Source of the DNA: an uncultured Pseudomonadota bacterium
GTDB lineage: Bacteria > Oederibacteriota > Muellerivitia > Muellerivitales > Muellerivitaceae
Direction: 5' to 3'
DNA length: 64,000 nucleotides
Assembly (NCBI GenBank): GCA_963770835.1
Contig: CAVYRH010000011.1
Span: 64,001-128,000, forward strand
In this document: in pieces, positions 61,860 to 64,000 of the stretch
Layout of the letters: each line of letters begins with the position of its first letter
Position numbering within the stretch: the stretch's first letter is position 1
Made by a program: the position numbers and the translations under genes
Notes under the pieces: generated by a model
The model's database searches: none
The model's input: the letters and a program-made list of their open reading frames with translations, nothing else
What the model was told of the DNA's origin: nothing

Positions 61860-62310
61860 TTTGTACCTCCCGGGGTTGGTCTCCAATCAGTCCACCATAA
61901 CCTTTGAATTACCTTTATACCTTGATCGGGTGAAGCCCGATAATCAACAATGAAAACCCCCGACCCCGTGTTTTCAGCTTACGATTTGACTCAGGGAGCA
62001 TCAAAGGCGTTAAAATAAAGACAATTCAAAGAGGCGGGGAGAACGGCAATTTTGAATTCTGAATGTTGAATTTTGAATTAAAGGTTAAGCGGCGGATTGA
62101 CGCCCAACCCGGGAAGGTATTGAAATGAGTAAGAAATATATTTTTCTTATTTTATGTTTTTCATTTAGTTGTTTTTTTATCCAGGGCGTAGTTGCCCAAA
62201 CAAATGAAAACAGTATTACTTCTATCATTACAACCCTGCCAGACTTCAAAGGCACCATTGTTAATAAAATCGGAGGAAAATTATTTTTTGCCCAACTTAG
62301 TCCTCCCCTC

Positions 62311-63668
62311 CCCCCGCGTCAAGAATTTGGGTGTAACTTTCCACGGGCGCCTGGATCAAGCGGCTTGAGCCTCTGCCTCCTTTCTTGAGGTGTGGACTTT
62401 AAGCCTATCCCATCTTTCTTGCTGTGCTTGGGCTACTGCCCACACCAATTTAGTCAGTTCCAATTCATTCTGCATCATCCCCGCCGGCCTCAGCCTTCTC
62501 CTGAGCTCCAGGTTGAACCTTTCTATGAGGTTACTGGATCGGGTAATCATCCAGAACTTTGAATCTTCCCGGAAAAATCGGGTGTAGCAGTCAAATTTTT
62601 CCGCCGTCATCTCCACGGCTTTGGGGTACGTCTTGGACCACTTGGCTTTGAGGCTTCCCAAGGCCACCAAGGCTTCTTCCCGGTTCTTGGCCCAGTACAC
62701 TGCCTTGAAATCCGCCATGAAAGACTTTTGGTCCTTCCAGGCCACCCGGAAACGGACGTTCTTCATCTTGTGTACGACGCAAAGCTGGTGGGTGATCCCT
62801 AAACGCTTTTCCACCGCCGCGATAATCCCAGCATGTGCGTCGGACACCACCATCCTCAAACTTTTCCTGTCCAAGCCTCGGTTCAACAGGTCTTCCAGCA
62901 TGGCTTCCCAAGAAGCCTCACTCTCCCGGTCTCCCACTAAGTACCCCAGAAAATGCCTCTTCAGGTTCCCGTCAACCCCGATAGCCACCAGTAAGGCTTG
63001 TTTTTCCCCCGTCTCCTGACGCCTGACTGTCAGGTAAATGGCGTCCAGGTACAGGTATCGGATCCCTTCGGGTAAGGGCCGTTTCTCCCATTCCCGCAAC
63101 GTGGGTTCCAAGGCGTTGGTCATCTGACTGATGTGGCTGGCCGTCCATTTCGTTCCAAAGGCCTCGTTCATCCCTGCTGCTACCGACCGGGTGGAAGCCC
63201 CTTTCAGCCAGAAATTCATTCCCAGATAACCCATCAGGGCTTGGCTACCTTCCCTCAAAGCTTTCAAAGTCTCGGAAACGAACCCTTTGCCCTTCCTCAA
63301 GACCGGCTTTCTCAATTCCAACCGGCCTAGAAATCCCGGCACAAAAACTTGTTTGAAACCATTCCGGTAACGGGGTTTTTCCTGTCTCTCGTAGGGTTGG
63401 CTACCCAAGAACTCGTCCCGTTCTTTCTCCAATTGGGCATTGAAAGCCTCGGAAAGCTGCTGATTGAGAGCCTCCCCGACCCATTGGCCTATCTGTCGGC
63501 TTCCGACCGCCGACTTGACCATGGCTTGAGTTTTCTCCCTTGCCAAGGCCTGCAAGGCTAGGTGTATATTCTTCATGGGCGTAACGTCCTTTCACAAAAA
63601 GGATATGGTGTCGTGAACAAACACCATGTTACGCCCGCTTCTTTTTACACCCTCAAATTTTACGCGGC
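62311..63668 (-). mobile_element. IS256-family element
   Basis: Imperfect terminal inverted repeats CCGCGT..AATTT..GGTGTAA; 8-9 bp direct repeat (C)CTCCCCTC. Confidence 0.88.
62356..63576 (-). CDS. IS256 transposase
   Basis: YRNG; YLYLDA; VVSDAHAG; QLCVVH; SSNLIERFN. Confidence 0.92.
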   Translation of the reverse strand: MKNIHLALQALAREKTQAMVKSAVGSRQIGQWVGEALNQQLSEAFNAQLEKERDEFLGSQPYERQEKPRYRNGFKQVFVPGFLGRLELRKPVLRKGKGFVSETLKALREGSQALMGYLGMNFWLKGASTRSVAAGMNEAFGTKWTASHISQMTNALEPTLREWEKRPLPEGIRYLYLDAIYLTVRRQETGEKQALLVAIGVDGNLKRHFLGYLVGDRESEASWEAMLEDLLNRGLDRKSLRMVVSDAHAGIIAAVEKRLGITHQLCVVHKMKNVRFRVAWKDQKSFMADFKAVYWAKNREEALVALGSLKAKWSKTYPKAVEMTAEKFDCYTRFFREDSKFWMITRSSNLIERFNLELRRRLRPAGMMQNELELTKLVWAVAQAQQERWDRLKVHTSRKEAEAQAA

Positions 63669-64000
63669 CCTCCCCTCAATGGCCGTAAATTGGAATTCCA
63701 AACGATTTATTTCACCGACGGGAAAAATATAATTTATAAGAAATTCAATATTGATGTGAATTCATCATCGTTTATCCAAGCCTCAGGAGAAATATTCGCC
63801 CAATCCGAAAAATTTATTTTGGCGGTTATGGTAGGTTTGGATCAAACAACGAAACAATATGTTAGTAAAGGGTATGTGTTTAACTATTTTGGAAACATTG
63901 TATTGAAACTCACTGAAAAAGAACTGCAAAGAAAATCAACTTTTCTGAATGATGAGCAAAATCAAGTCTTGTTGGTTGATCCGGATGATGGGGAATTAAA

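Larger units (their letters stand above)
62125..64000 (+). pseudogene. Secreted AT-rich protein gene interrupted by IS256
   Basis: Frame ...QLSPPL resumes as NGRKLEFQTIY... after the IS and stays open to the window end. Confidence 0.75.

Overview
Bacterial chromosomal window in four parts. (1) 1-12450: the S10-spc-alpha ribosomal protein cluster (rpsS end to rplQ, including secY, adk, map, infA, rpoA). (2) 12.5-19.5 kb: envelope and membrane hypotheticals. (3) 19.5-27.1 kb: an attenuator-controlled ilvB-ilvN-ilvC-psd-pssA-leuA operon. (4) A ~25 kb accessory array between the leuA 3' end and the recN start, followed by a second variable region with an IS256. In the array, co-oriented genes or small gene blocks (toxin-antitoxin pairs, a trehalose block, MFS, TMEM175, EamA and others) are mostly followed 4-45 bp after the stop codon by one of 11 copies of a palindromic site, TGTCCACGACGGGGACCCGTCGTGGACA. 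The array also holds partial duplicates of the leuA 3' end and of the recN upstream region. The site is not a canonical attC and no integrase is present in the window. Four sites carry a group II intron at the same position: one RT-encoding intron and three 801-nt ORF-less copies that look identical by eye. Their putative EBS1 (GTCCAC/GTCTAC) is complementary to the site arm, and their ends appear non-canonical ((A)TCGTG...CTCTGC). One ORF-less copy is interrupted by an IS1111-type IS110 element whose non-coding end matches its own target. All calls are from reading the sequence by eye; no searches were run.
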